In this document: piece after piece, positions 1 through 10,050 of the stretch
Layout of the letters: each line of letters opens with the position of its first letter
How positions within the stretch are numbered: the first letter of the stretch is position 1
Assembly (NCBI GenBank): GCA_022711395.1
Contig: JAKLFA010000002.1
Span: forward strand, 387,864-451,863
Reading direction: 5' to 3'
DNA from: Candidatus Omnitrophota bacterium
Lineage (GTDB): Bacteria; Omnitrophota; Gorgyraeia; Zapsychrales; JANLHA01
DNA: 64,000 nt
Program-made: the position numbers and the translations under genes
Notes under the pieces: generated by a model
Told to the model about the DNA's origin: nothing
What the model saw: only the letters and a program-made list of their open reading frames with translations
The model's database searches: none

Positions 1-276
1 CCCGTGAGAAAATGGACGGTCGCTGTGCCCGTGATCGGGACGACGGCGCCCTTTTTCAAAAGGCTTTGAATAATACGGCTTCTCACGCTCCCGGCCCTGC
101 CCGCAGAGCGCGGTCAGATGGTCCAGCTTGCGTTCCAACTGTGTCATGTGATCCTCAAGCCGCCTGATCATTTCGACCAGATCAGAGCTCTCCGGCCGTT
201 CTGCCGGGCTTTCCAATGTCACGGTATCTTCGTCACGTTCTTCAAAATCTTCATGCGCCTTACGTCCCATACCCAC
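1..276 (-). CDS. hypothetical small protein, 3' end beyond window edge (partial)
   Basis: Open minus-strand frame from an ATG at 274-276 to the window edge. Not in the ORF track because it has no in-window stop. A GGA-rich ribosome-binding site lies upstream. Confidence 0.3.
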   Translation of the reverse strand, partial: MGMGRKAHEDFEERDEDTVTLESPAERPESSDLVEMIRRLEDHMTQLERKLDHLTALCGQGREREKPYYSKPFEKGRRRPDHGHSDRPFSHG

Positions 277-408
277 GTCCTTTTTTTTGTTTGCTTCGCT
301 TTGGTCGCAATTTAAAACACGCGCTGCCTGTCCTGCGCTTACCGGCCCGGAAAAACAAAGCCCGGCTCACACAGCCGGGCCTTGCCTTACACATCAAAGG
401 CGCTTACG

Positions 409-612
409 TTAAACTTTTCGCACGCTTGTTGCCTGCGGGCCTTTAGGGCCTTCGCCGATCTCAAACTCGACATCCTGTCCTTCGCTCAAAGATTTAAACC
501 CGTCGCCTTGAATTTCACTGTGATGGACGAAGCAATCCTTGCTTCCGTCTTCCGGAGCGATGAATCCAAAACCTTTTTGGTCATTGAACCACTTAACTTT
601 TCCTCTTGCCAT
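409..612 (-). CDS. cspA: cold-shock protein (CspA family)
   Basis: 67 aa. [18 protein letters not shown]...RNP motifs typical of the cold-shock domain. Confidence 0.9.
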   Translation of the reverse strand: MARGKVKWFNDQKGFGFIAPEDGSKDCFVHHSEIQGDGFKSLSEGQDVEFEIGEGPKGPQATSVRKV

Positions 613-750
613 TTCCCTACCCTCCTGATTGATAGAATATGAGTAAACAATGACGGGTGAAAATTTTCATCATAAACGCAACTTCCTGTTATGACTTCAA
701 TCCCTCATTTTGTTTTACTCATGGTTATTGTATAGCCCATCCGTCTGAAG

Positions 751-1875
751 TCAATCAATAAAAAAATCTTGAAGCATCCCTGACACGACTGAAGAGATCT
801 TCTCGGGATCACGCGTCCTTAAGCTCGCAAGGACTGTTTCGATATCCTCCGGCCGGTAGCGGCCCTGGTGGCGGTCCTCCTGATAGCGCTTGAGCACGTT
901 CTCAAAGATCTCCAGCGCGCCGTTCTCCCCGCCCTCAAGATACAGCCTCAGGTTCTTTAAGAAATTCCCGTTGCCGGGATGGTCCGATTCGCCGATGCTG
1001 GTGGCGGCATCCATCAAATACTGCTCCTTGCCCATGGCCGCCGAGGCAAAAAAGACCTGGTCCGCGAACGGCTCGCCCACCTTGACCCCTCCCACGCGCA
1101 AAATATTTTTAAACTGCATGCCCCGGGGAGTCAGAAAATTCAGCCCGTGGTCGTATTTGAACTCAAAGAACAGCTGCATCAGATCGCGCAGAATGGAGCT
1201 GTATTTTGGATCGGTCCGCGCATGCGTGATGCGCAGCCGGCCCAGCACCACCGCGTCGTTTTTAAGCACGTGATCATACGCCCTCGAAACAGCCCCCGCG
1301 TCCTTGATCTCCATGTCATCATCGCAGAACAAGATCATGCGCTCCCGCAAGCACTGTTCAATGAAGGCGACCTTTTGAGGCCTTTCCCAGCCGATGCTTT
1401 TCGCATCACAAAACGCCCGCAAACGGGCCACCATCGACGCCATGGACGCCTGATAAGCCCCGGCCAATCCTCCGCAGAGGACTTGACGGACACACCTCAG
1501 GGCGGCCGTTCCCTGGCCTTTGGAACGCCCTTCCATGATCGAACGGACCAGCGCTTCATTGCGCTCATTGACCGTCCGGACGCGTTCAGGCGCCTCGCGC
1601 GGCTCATTGATGAAGACCAAAATCTCAACAGGGGCCGAACACTCCTGCAGGCAGAGAGACCGAAGCGTTTGACGCAGTTGCTGCTCTGCCGAGGCGCAGG
1701 ACGGGATCACGATCGAAATGGATGCCGGCTCACCCAGCGAAACAATTTCAGGAATGATATCGCCCTTAAAACTCTTAAGGTAATCATCGGTATTGCCAAT
1801 CGCGCAGCGTGACGTAAAACCCGCCTCCGCGGCCGGCACCTTGGCTCCGGCGCAATTGATGATAAATCCCTTCAT
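751..1875 (-). CDS. glycosyltransferase family 2-like protein
   Basis: 374 aa. ISIVIPSCASAE resembles the GT2 N-terminal motif. The start overlaps the stop of the upstream receiver gene by 4 nt (ATGA), suggesting an operon. Confidence 0.5.
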   Translation of the reverse strand: MKGFIINCAGAKVPAAEAGFTSRCAIGNTDDYLKSFKGDIIPEIVSLGEPASISIVIPSCASAEQQLRQTLRSLCLQECSAPVEILVFINEPREAPERVRTVNERNEALVRSIMEGRSKGQGTAALRCVRQVLCGGLAGAYQASMASMVARLRAFCDAKSIGWERPQKVAFIEQCLRERMILFCDDDMEIKDAGAVSRAYDHVLKNDAVVLGRLRITHARTDPKYSSILRDLMQLFFEFKYDHGLNFLTPRGMQFKNILRVGGVKVGEPFADQVFFASAAMGKEQYLMDAATSIGESDHPGNGNFLKNLRLYLEGGENGALEIFENVLKRYQEDRHQGRYRPEDIETVLASLRTRDPEKISSVVSGMLQDFFID

Positions 1876-2231
1876 AAATTCTCCATCAGGTCCTTCACAA
1901 TGTCCGAGAAACTCAGTTTGTCAATATATCCGTCGCAAGGGACATGATCAAGCTTATCCTTCAGGACATGCCTGGAATACGCGGTCAGCAAAAACACTTT
2001 GGTCTGAGGCCGCTCTTCCTTGATCTTTTTGCAGGCCTCAATGCCGGCGTATTCCTCTTCCATCTTGATATCCATGAACACAACATCCGGGTTGAGCTCA
2101 CGGACGCGGGCCAGCGCTTCTTCTCCGCTGTAGGCGACGCCCACCACCTCGTGCTTGAGCCGGTTGGCAACGACGTGACGGAAAAGCTCCGCCGTCACAT
2201 ACTCATCTTCAACAATAAGGACCCTTTTCAT
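1872..2231 (-). CDS. single-domain response regulator (CheY-like receiver)
   Basis: 119 aa. RVLIVEDE...VVFMDIKM...FLLTAY receiver motifs. Confidence 0.85.
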   Translation of the reverse strand: MKRVLIVEDEYVTAELFRHVVANRLKHEVVGVAYSGEEALARVRELNPDVVFMDIKMEEEYAGIEACKKIKEERPQTKVFLLTAYSRHVLKDKLDHVPCDGYIDKLSFSDIVKDLMENL

Positions 2232-2267
2232 CCATCCCCCGCATTGTTCATTGCCTCACCCTCCGTC

Positions 2268-4433
2268 TTAAGGGCCGGGCTCGCCCTCGTCCTTAAACCT
2301 GAGGCTGAAGACCGCTCCATTATCATACCGGTATTCGAACACCCCCTTGATCTGCCTCGCCAGATTCTCGACCAGTTTCAGCCCCAGGGTCGCCCCTCCG
2401 GAGAAGACGCCGTCTTTGACCCCGATGCCGTCGTCACGGACCACCAATTCATTGATCCGGCCGGCCCTCTTGAATGAAATGAAAATGTTCCCCCGGGCCC
2501 TTCCCGCGAAGGCGTGCTTAAAGGCGTTGACGACCAGCTCGCTTAAGATCAGGCCGCATGGAACGGCCCGGTCGATGTTCAAAAGGATGTCCTGAAGGTC
2601 AAAGGAGATATCGATCTCGTTCTCGCCCCCCTTATAGATCTTAAAGATCTCGGAAACGATATTGCGAATATACTCCGAGAAATTGATCGAAGAGAGATCT
2701 TCCGATTGATACAGCAGCTGATGCGCCAGACCCACCGACTGAATGCGCTGGCGCACCGTTTCCAGGATCTCATTGGCGTCGTGGCTTTCATTGAGCGAAC
2801 CCTGCTGCAAGGTGATCAACCCCTGCAAAAACAGAACGTTATTTTTGACCCGGTGGTGGATCTCGCGAAGCAGCGTTTCCTTCTGCCGCAGGGCGTTGAC
2901 CAGGGCCATTTCCTGTTTTTTGCGTTCCGTGATATCTTCGAAGATCGTGGCGAACTGCCCACTCTTGGGAGACACCGCCGAGATCATGAAATGCCGCTCG
3001 ATCGGAGGGAAATACGTCTCAAAAGCATACGGCTCCATGGTGAGCGCCACACCGCTGAAGATCTTCAAATACGGCGGCTCCGGAGTGCCGTAAGCCTCGA
3101 CCGACGTTTTACCGATGACCTGCTCAGCCAGCAGGCCGGTGTGCTTTTCGTAAGCGGGGTTCACATTGATAACGCGGTAATCCACGGGCTGGCCCTTGCT
3201 GTCATAGACCAGTTCATGCAGGGCAACGCCTTCCACCATGCTCTCAAACAGCGTGCGGAACTTGTCCTCGCTCTCACGAAGTTTCAGCTCCACCAGTTTA
3301 CGCTGTGTGATGTCCGTGTGCACGCCCACCAGCCCCAGGATCCGGCCCTCCTCGTCCTTGACCGCATAGGCGCGAAGAAAGATATCCAGTATTCTCCCGC
3401 CGGTTCCCCGCATCTGGATTTCACCCGCCCACTGCCCACCATCCATGATCGTTTTGAAAACTTCACGCCCCTCATCTTCGTTGGCATACAGCGTCACGGG
3501 CGGGTCCTGTCCGATGTCGCCGAACAGACGGTCAAAGGCCTGATTCTGATAATAATGCCAGCCTTCGGCCGTGGACATGCCGATGGCGTCCATTGAGGCC
3601 TCCACCGCGCCCTGAAAAAGTTCAAGCTCCTTCATGCTCCGGGTCAACGCGGAAATATTGTCTTTGATGGCGATCCGCATATGATTGAAACTGCGCGCCA
3701 GGACAGCCTCTTCATACGACCCCGCCTCCGTCAGGTCCCCGTCCAGCTCGCCCTTTGCCGTCCTTGAAATTTCCTGGATCAGCCTCTGAAAAGGGTCGGA
3801 CAGAAACCCCGCCATCAGATAACTGAACACAAACCCGGCCAGGATAAAACCCGAACTTAAAAGCACAAGCTCGCGGAAATTTTTCTCAAGAAGCCGGTCC
3901 ACCTCAGCGAGGGTCATGCTCGCGCCGAACATATACGCCCTCCCGTGGCTGTCCTGAAACGGCACCAGCGCCGTCATGATCTGGCCCCATTTATCGCGGT
4001 TCACCTGGTATTGCGGCTCCATGGAGGAAAAGACCTTTTCATAAAGCTCAGGGCTGCTGTGCTCTTCAAAAAATTTGGCGTGCTTCTGGCCGGCGACATC
4101 CTTATCCGGCGATGTGGCTGAAGTAAAGACGATCTTCCCGTCGATCTTCATCAGGCTCCAGAGATACTCCAGTCCCAACGCATCGCAAAGCCTGTTGAAA
4201 CGCTCCACGGTCCGGTCGAACTCCTCTTTGGGGACAGACCCCGCGTCCGTGATCCGGTCATGGTAATCCGCCGGCAGCGCGGCCCGGGCCATCACCGCGG
4301 CGGTGTAAAGTTTTTCATCGATCCCTTTGATGAGCGTCTGGTGCTGTTTGACGTAACTTTGGTAGGAAAAGACACCGGAAGAAAAAACCACAAAACCCAG
4401 CATAACGAAAAGGATCCGATATTTGATCTTCAC
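2268..4433 (-). CDS. sensor histidine kinase (periplasmic sensor, HAMP, PAS, HisKA_2/HWE-type kinase core)
   Basis: 721 aa. N-terminal transmembrane segment plus sensor. PAS segments. EIHHRVKNNVLFLQGLI is typical of HisKA_2. C-terminal HATPase with a G-rich box (DDGIGV). Confidence 0.8.
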   Translation of the reverse strand: MKIKYRILFVMLGFVVFSSGVFSYQSYVKQHQTLIKGIDEKLYTAAVMARAALPADYHDRITDAGSVPKEEFDRTVERFNRLCDALGLEYLWSLMKIDGKIVFTSATSPDKDVAGQKHAKFFEEHSSPELYEKVFSSMEPQYQVNRDKWGQIMTALVPFQDSHGRAYMFGASMTLAEVDRLLEKNFRELVLLSSGFILAGFVFSYLMAGFLSDPFQRLIQEISRTAKGELDGDLTEAGSYEEAVLARSFNHMRIAIKDNISALTRSMKELELFQGAVEASMDAIGMSTAEGWHYYQNQAFDRLFGDIGQDPPVTLYANEDEGREVFKTIMDGGQWAGEIQMRGTGGRILDIFLRAYAVKDEEGRILGLVGVHTDITQRKLVELKLRESEDKFRTLFESMVEGVALHELVYDSKGQPVDYRVINVNPAYEKHTGLLAEQVIGKTSVEAYGTPEPPYLKIFSGVALTMEPYAFETYFPPIERHFMISAVSPKSGQFATIFEDITERKKQEMALVNALRQKETLLREIHHRVKNNVLFLQGLITLQQGSLNESHDANEILETVRQRIQSVGLAHQLLYQSEDLSSINFSEYIRNIVSEIFKIYKGGENEIDISFDLQDILLNIDRAVPCGLILSELVVNAFKHAFAGRARGNIFISFKRAGRINELVVRDDGIGVKDGVFSGGATLGLKLVENLARQIKGVFEYRYDNGAVFSLRFKDEGEPGP

Positions 4434-4540
4434 TCGAGGCCTCTGCTTGGTTCAGGTGAAAATTCACATTTTATTATACCCGACAAAATGAAAATCAAAA
4501 AACCCCTTTTCGCTCAATCGTCCCGGCCCGAAGGGCCGTC

Positions 4541-5407
4541 TCACCGGCCGGGATGCGGGCCCTGCGCCCGTGTTTGACAGAACCAGCGGATCAATTCGCT
4601 GGAAATGGACCGCCGGGTCGGGACTTTGGGAAGGGCGTCCGCCTTGAACCATCCGGCCTCAACGATCTCCTCTCCGTCCACCTGAAGGTCCCCGCTTTGA
4701 TATTCCGCCGTAAAACCTATCATCAAACAATCCGGAAACGGCCAGGACTGGCTTTTAAAATATTGGATATTGCCCACCTCAATGCCGGCCTCTTCCAGGA
4801 TCTCGCGCCGCGCGCATTCTTCCAGGGACTCACCCGGCTCCAGAAACCCCGCCAAAACACTATACATCTGCGGGTCCGAATATTTCGAACTCCGCGCCAA
4901 AAGGATCTGATCGCCTTTCAGGACGGCCACGATCACTGCCGGTGAGATCCTCGGATAGCTGATCAAACCGCACGGTTCGCAAACTCTGGCATGCTCAGTG
5001 TTGAGCGCGGCCGTTTCACCGCCGCATCGTCCGCAAAAACGGAAATTCCGGTTCCAGTCCAGGATCTGCCTGGCATATCCGGCAAGCTCTGAAAGCGGGC
5101 GCTCCGCGTTCAAATAAACATCCCGCAAACCGGCCCATTCATATCCGTCGGAAACAGCCCGGCCGGCCGCGGCCGCGCAAAAACACGGCTTTTCATCGAG
5201 CGAACCGATCAAGCGCGTATCCGTCAAAGCAAGCCCCTTCGTCTCCCGCTCGGTCAAAAATGGGAACACGATGCCCCCGGTGTTTTTTTCCACCAGGAGC
5301 TCTTCGCCGCGAAAACAAAGGTAATACGCCCCTTCTGAGCAATGGGCCGGCTGAAGCGCGGATCGTTTGAATGTCATGAACGCGTTTTCCATGGGGACAT
5401 TATACAT
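4541..5407 (-). CDS. nudC: NADH pyrophosphatase NudC (NUDIX hydrolase with zinc ribbon)
   Basis: 288 aa. CGRCGG...CEPCG zinc ribbon followed by the Nudix box GFLEPGESLEECARREILEEAGIEV. Confidence 0.75.
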   Translation of the reverse strand: MYNVPMENAFMTFKRSALQPAHCSEGAYYLCFRGEELLVEKNTGGIVFPFLTERETKGLALTDTRLIGSLDEKPCFCAAAAGRAVSDGYEWAGLRDVYLNAERPLSELAGYARQILDWNRNFRFCGRCGGETAALNTEHARVCEPCGLISYPRISPAVIVAVLKGDQILLARSSKYSDPQMYSVLAGFLEPGESLEECARREILEEAGIEVGNIQYFKSQSWPFPDCLMIGFTAEYQSGDLQVDGEEIVEAGWFKADALPKVPTRRSISSELIRWFCQTRAQGPHPGR

Positions 5408-5486
5408 AAATCAGGCATCTTTGGAACAGACTTTCTATGGCTGATGCGCTCGACACTTTACGCTGAATTCGGGCGCTATTACCTGT

Positions 5487-6638
5487 TTACAAAAGACCCA
5501 AACGGATCAAATATTGACGCAAACCTAAAGCAATAGCCCGGTTTTCCATCGGGCTAAAATGCTGATAATTCCTTACCGAAAACCGCTCTGTTCCCTGCTG
5601 AACAATACGGCACGTCCCAGGCAAAGATTCGCCATTGTGTTGGAGCTTATAAAATTCAGTATAGGGCAGCAGGGAAATCGTCGGAATTTGCCGCTCCCCT
5701 TCCCAGTAATTTAAGAAGGCCTTGATCTCAGGTAACAACTTCTTTTGCTCAACCTTATTATCCCGGATCGCATCAATATTCACGATCACCGGAACGGCCC
5801 CCATGTCCCTAATCGTGTCGATGATCTCATGTAAAATGGCTTTGGTGATCTTTTGTTTCTCAATGCGATAGCCCCCCAAGCGTTTTAAGACCTTGTTCTT
5901 CAAAATAATGAACAGGTCAACAACTTTTAAGCGCCAAAATTCTTTTTTAAACGTTTCCTCCGGGGATGGAACAGGGACGCCTTTCAGGACCAGCTCTTCA
6001 TTCTTAAGGATAAAATACGGCTTGGCATAATCCCGGAAACTTAACAGATTGCGGCTGTCATCCATGCTCAGATAACCGATCATGACAATGTCCGGATCGT
6101 ATTTGGCCCCTTCTTCCTTTAAATATAAAAGCATTTGATCGTGTCCATAGCCAGGCTCCCCCATGTTAACGACCTCCGTATCGGGAAGGAGCTGTTGCAA
6201 AAAATACGGATACGTTTCTCTGTCGCCGACATCAACTCCAAACGTGAAAGAATCCCCGATGATCAAAATGCGCTTTTTTCCGGGAGTGCGGGCGTAAGGA
6301 ATGTCTGTTGGGCCCCGGACCCCTTTGGAATTGATCCGGACGCCACGGCCGTTAAATTCATCGGGGTTGTTGAAATCAGGGATCGACTTCCATCCCAGCG
6401 TCGGATGATACTCGCTATAACTGGAATGATGCAGGATTTCTTTCCTCTGGGAGCTCACTTTTCCATCGACCCATGCCTGGCGCCATAAGGGGGAAACACG
6501 GCAAGAGTCCCAGTCCTCTGAGATCTTTCTGGAGAAACCGGGGATCTTAAAGGCAGCACGCGCGAGAATTTCCGTTGTTAAAAAAAGAAGACCGATCAGC
6601 ACCGCATGAAATATGTATTTCTTTTTAATTGTCATCAT
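5487..6638 (-). CDS. membrane-anchored SGNH/GDSL-type hydrolase family protein
   Basis: 383 aa. N-terminal transmembrane segment. RILIIGDSFTFG block resembles SGNH block I. Confidence 0.5.
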   Translation of the reverse strand: MMTIKKKYIFHAVLIGLLFLTTEILARAAFKIPGFSRKISEDWDSCRVSPLWRQAWVDGKVSSQRKEILHHSSYSEYHPTLGWKSIPDFNNPDEFNGRGVRINSKGVRGPTDIPYARTPGKKRILIIGDSFTFGVDVGDRETYPYFLQQLLPDTEVVNMGEPGYGHDQMLLYLKEEGAKYDPDIVMIGYLSMDDSRNLLSFRDYAKPYFILKNEELVLKGVPVPSPEETFKKEFWRLKVVDLFIILKNKVLKRLGGYRIEKQKITKAILHEIIDTIRDMGAVPVIVNIDAIRDNKVEQKKLLPEIKAFLNYWEGERQIPTISLLPYTEFYKLQHNGESLPGTCRIVQQGTERFSVRNYQHFSPMENRAIALGLRQYLIRLGLL

Positions 6639-6689
6639 CTTGAGGGGACAGTCTATCTTTTCAGGTTTTCCCGTTTTTTTGTTTTCACG

Positions 6690-7784
6690 TTAATAGTCAA
6701 CCCTCTCCGCCATGCCCTGATCCAGCAGATACTGGTTCAAATACACCGGGGACTCCAGGATCGCGTTGATGTCTGAGGTTTCTAACGCCTGGGGCCCGAA
6801 GAACACATCCGCGACAAAACGTCCGTAGGTGTCGGTCTTGCTTTTGTGCGATTTGATGATAAGCGGAGTTCCAGCCGGCAGAAGCCGGGACACTTGGCTT
6901 TTGGCCCGGTCGCCTGCGGGAGTTCCAACTTCCGGGGCATTAATGCCCCGGAGCCGCAATTTCTCCCGCACAATGATCCCGAAACCGAGATGGATCAGGG
7001 CCGCCAGCGTGTCCGCGTCAACGACCCGCTCCAGCGTTGCCGCGTAGGTGTAAGAAGGCGTATCGGTGACATTAAGTGTTTTAAGGACGTCTTTATTGAC
7101 CGGCCAGTGCACAAAAAACCCGCAGTCCAGAAGGACCTCGCCATCGTTTAGGCTGACGTCCAGGGTTGAGCGGCTGTAAGTCTGAAGCACCAGATCCGAC
7201 GGGATTTTGAGCGGTGTTAAGGGCTTTTGAATGACTTGTGTCGTGTGTCCTGTGTCGTGTGTCGAAAAGAAGGTGTCCGGCACCTTCTTTTGAGCGTCCT
7301 CGATCTCACCCCGCTCTAAGCACAGTCGCCTGACCTCCTGGCGGATCTCACGGCTTTTTAAACCCTCTTTGACAATGCGGGCCTCAAGCTGTTTACGAAT
7401 CTTCCCGTCCCTAACCGGCATCAGTTCCACGTAATCGGTCCAAGCCAATTCAGTCGGCGCCGACTGTTTTTGATTGCTCAAAAAAAATTTCCGCATCCGG
7501 CGCAAATTCGTCTCTGAAAAACCTGCGCCATGCTCTTTAACCAGGACTTTAGAAAGCTCCGGGATCAAACCGGTTCCATACTCAGCCCTCAGCTCTCCGT
7601 CCTGCTCTTCCTGAACAATACGCCGGCCCGTCTCCCAGGCAAACTTGACCTGCGCCTCGCGCGCGTTCAGGTAAAGCCGCGAAATATCATCAACGAGTTT
7701 CTGAAACCGCTTTGTCGCCGGGGGTTTGGGCATGGGTTGATCGTGGTTTAAATTGTTATTTCTATCAAAAATTACACAAGGCAA
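6690..7784 (-). CDS. fusion nuclease: DUF1016 (YhcG-like) N-terminal domain plus C-terminal staphylococcal-nuclease-like (SNase) domain
   Basis: 364 aa. N-terminal KRFQKLVDDISRLYLNAREAQVKFAWETGRRIV is YhcG/DUF1016-like. C-terminal LRLRGINAPE...TDTYGRFVADVF matches the thermonuclease motif. The true start may be the internal MPKPP at about 7733. Confidence 0.6.
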   Translation of the reverse strand: MPCVIFDRNNNLNHDQPMPKPPATKRFQKLVDDISRLYLNAREAQVKFAWETGRRIVQEEQDGELRAEYGTGLIPELSKVLVKEHGAGFSETNLRRMRKFFLSNQKQSAPTELAWTDYVELMPVRDGKIRKQLEARIVKEGLKSREIRQEVRRLCLERGEIEDAQKKVPDTFFSTHDTGHTTQVIQKPLTPLKIPSDLVLQTYSRSTLDVSLNDGEVLLDCGFFVHWPVNKDVLKTLNVTDTPSYTYAATLERVVDADTLAALIHLGFGIIVREKLRLRGINAPEVGTPAGDRAKSQVSRLLPAGTPLIIKSHKSKTDTYGRFVADVFFGPQALETSDINAILESPVYLNQYLLDQGMAERVDY

Positions 7785-7912
7785 ATTCCAAACAAATTAC
7801 AAATTCAAATTACAAAAAACAACAGTTTGTGATTTGGTCATTGTTGATTGTCTATTGTTTGGTATTTGAGATTTGTTTATTGTGTATTTTTTCAATTATG
7901 TTTCAAACATGT

Positions 7913-7946
7913 TTGATAGTTTACCTGAAATCCATGCAACTATCAA
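7913..7946 (-). promoter_or_regulatory. putative sigma70-type promoter TTGATA-N17-TAAACT (minus strand) upstream of the DUF1016-SNase gene
   Basis: The reverse complement reads TTGATAGTTGCATGGATTTCAGGTAAACT. A near-identical motif recurs at 12683-12713 upstream of the OmpR-family regulator. Confidence 0.35.
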
Positions 7947-8107
7947 TCGCATTGTGCCACTTTAAATGAAAAGAGCCCTCCGATAAGCGAAGCTTACAGG
8001 AGGGCCCTCACACGAACAATCATTTCTTTTTCTTTTTAGCTTTTTTCTTGTTAGCGACCTTATCCCCCATAGTTTTCACCCCCTTCCGCGTTATGTCCCT
8101 GATCCCA

Positions 8108-8524
8108 TCACGAGAGATCCTTGCCGTTGGCTTCAGGTTGATAAATGATCGTCTCAACCTTCAATTTCGCAACTCCAGCCGGGACCTTCCATTCGATGAT
8201 GTCTCCAACGCCGTATCCCAACAGCGCTGTGCCGATCGGAGCCAAAATCGAGACTAGTCCCTGACTCGCATCTGCCCGGTCAGGGAAAACCAATCGATAC
8301 ACAATCTCTTCCTGCGTGTTCAAATCCCGCAAATGGACTTCTGAATTCATCGTGATAACGTCAGGAGGGATATCCTGAGATTTAACGATCTGTCCCTTGT
8401 TCAGTTCAGTTTCCAATTCCTTTAGATACTTCTCCTCTTCTTTTTTGAACTCTCTGGCGGCCTTGATCATTTCCCGCAATCGTTTCATATCCCTATCAGT
8501 GATATAAATATTTTTTGTTTCCAT
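8108..8524 (-). CDS. GreA/GreB-family transcription factor (Rnk-like)
   Basis: 138 aa. N-terminal coiled-coil and a C-terminal FKBP-like GreA domain (GDIIEWKVPAG...). Confidence 0.7.
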   Translation of the reverse strand: METKNIYITDRDMKRLREMIKAAREFKKEEEKYLKELETELNKGQIVKSQDIPPDVITMNSEVHLRDLNTQEEIVYRLVFPDRADASQGLVSILAPIGTALLGYGVGDIIEWKVPAGVAKLKVETIIYQPEANGKDLS

Positions 8525-8539
8525 ACCGACCTCCTGGTT

Positions 8540-8902
8540 TTATCCAATGACTTCACAAATATCCATCACAAAAATGATGCCCTTACCCGGTTCTTTCAAC
8601 CTGCCGTGTTCCTCCAACAATTTGACGAGCTTCTTTCGATTGGCCTCCAGGGTCACTAGCAGTAAAATTTCTCTCAAGGGTCCGATCCGCAATCCCAGAA
8701 CACGTGCCCCCTCCTTTGCGCACAACCCTTTCCCGGATAATACCGTTGCCCCGAAAATGCCGGCTTCTTTAATGACCGGCAAGATCGTCTTTACTTTTCC
8801 CTTAGGAAAGATCGCCACAATCAGTTTGAACATCCCAAAATTTTTTTTCGTCATGACCTTGCCCCCATCTTGAATGATCACGGTACAACGCTTTAAGGAC
8901 AC
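8540..8902 (-). CDS. P-II-like (GlnB-fold) family protein
   Basis: About 104-120 aa. The layout mimics P-II (FKLIVAIFPKGK...GKGIIFVMDICEVIG). The likely start is the internal MTKKNF at about 8854. Confidence 0.6.
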   Translation of the reverse strand: MSLKRCTVIIQDGGKVMTKKNFGMFKLIVAIFPKGKVKTILPVIKEAGIFGATVLSGKGLCAKEGARVLGLRIGPLREILLLVTLEANRKKLVKLLEEHGRLKEPGKGIIFVMDICEVIG

Positions 8903-9261
8903 AATAATTCAGCAACCCTTTGCCGGACATATTCCATATCAAATGGACGGCTTATCCAGTCTTTCAGGCCTAAATCCATCAGCGCCTGTTTGCCCCGGAT
9001 ATCTGGGAATGCTGAAACCGCGATGATCGGTACACTTATGTTCCTTTTTCTGAGCTGCCTCATTAAACTTTCGCAAAACTCAACCGTCGTTGTGATGCCG
9101 ACGATGATCATATCCACCGGCGCCTGAAGGAGAGCATCCAGGATCTCCGAATGGTTGGACAAAGACATCGTGTGATAGCCGGATTTTTCCAGATTGTCCG
9201 TAAAACTATTTCCGGGATCATAGTATTTTTTAATGACCAAAATGGTCTGCCGACGTTCCAA
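8893..9261 (-). CDS. degenerate receiver-domain protein (pseudo-receiver)
   Basis: 122 aa with a CheY-like fold (ILVIKK...VDMIIVGITTT...IIAVSAF). The canonical acidic pocket and phospho-Asp context are atypical: DMIIVGI replaces the usual D at the expected spacing. Confidence 0.55.
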   Translation of the reverse strand: MERRQTILVIKKYYDPGNSFTDNLEKSGYHTMSLSNHSEILDALLQAPVDMIIVGITTTVEFCESLMRQLRKRNISVPIIAVSAFPDIRGKQALMDLGLKDWISRPFDMEYVRQRVAELLCP

Positions 9262-9280
9262 TTTTATCGTCCGCCTCCTT

Positions 9281-9826
9281 CTAGATCACCGGGTTAAGAC
9301 GCGCGACCGCCCTGATATCCTCGATGGTATAAAAAGCGTCGCGATCAAATTCTTTGATCATGCCCAAAACATTGTCCAGCAGCTTGCGCCGCGCGATAAC
9401 CAGAACGATCTTCACCGGCCCCGCCGCCCCTTGCCCATCGATCGTCGTAGCTCCATATCCTTTAAGCTGAAAAAATTTCAACAAACTCCTGGGATCTTTA
9501 TTTGTTATGAACTGAACGGCCACATTGCCGATGGCGATCTTTTTTTCGATCGTAATGCCCACAAAAGTCCCCATGCTAAAGCCGCCCGCGAAGGCGATAT
9601 AGTTGACCGGGTTATCCAGATTCTGCATAATTTGCGATATTCCGATCAGCCACACGAGCATCTCAAAAAACCCTATGATCGAGGCCAGGGCCCTGATCCC
9701 CCGGCTGACAAAAATGATCCGGACAGCCGACATGCTGACATCCGCAGCCCTCGCGAGAAAGATCAAGACCGGGATCAAGACCGGAACAAAATAATTTTGA
9801 GAAATGACCAAAGACATGTGCCACAC
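9281..9826 (-). CDS. DUF2179/YitT-like (UPF0316) membrane protein
   Basis: 181 aa. Three to four N-terminal transmembrane helices and a C-terminal DUF2179-like domain (KDPRSLLKFFQLKGYGATTIDGQGAAG...FYTIEDIRAV). Confidence 0.6.
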   Translation of the reverse strand: MWHMSLVISQNYFVPVLIPVLIFLARAADVSMSAVRIIFVSRGIRALASIIGFFEMLVWLIGISQIMQNLDNPVNYIAFAGGFSMGTFVGITIEKKIAIGNVAVQFITNKDPRSLLKFFQLKGYGATTIDGQGAAGPVKIVLVIARRKLLDNVLGMIKEFDRDAFYTIEDIRAVARLNPVI

Positions 9827-10050
9827 TCCCGTTAATCCCTATGAAACGCTGTTCTCCAGCTATTGGCCGCTTATCGGTTCTCGGGCTTCCTTGAACCACT
9901 CTGTTTTTAATTGATAAAACACGCATGTTGTGAAGGCGCCAAGACAATATTCTTTCTGCCGGCCTCGCTGGGGAGAAAAACTTTTCCCCGACGAACCGGC
10001 GCAAAGAACATCATGCTCCTGGAAAATCAAATAAGGGCACATCATGCATT

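Noticed and set aside
979-1812. 277-aa plus-strand ORF
   Set aside because: Lies entirely antisense within the minus-strand glycosyltransferase-like gene. It has a GC-rich codon-position artefact and no recognisable domain.
2706-3596. 296-aa plus-strand ORF
   Set aside because: Antisense to the well-supported histidine-kinase gene at 2268-4433. No motifs.
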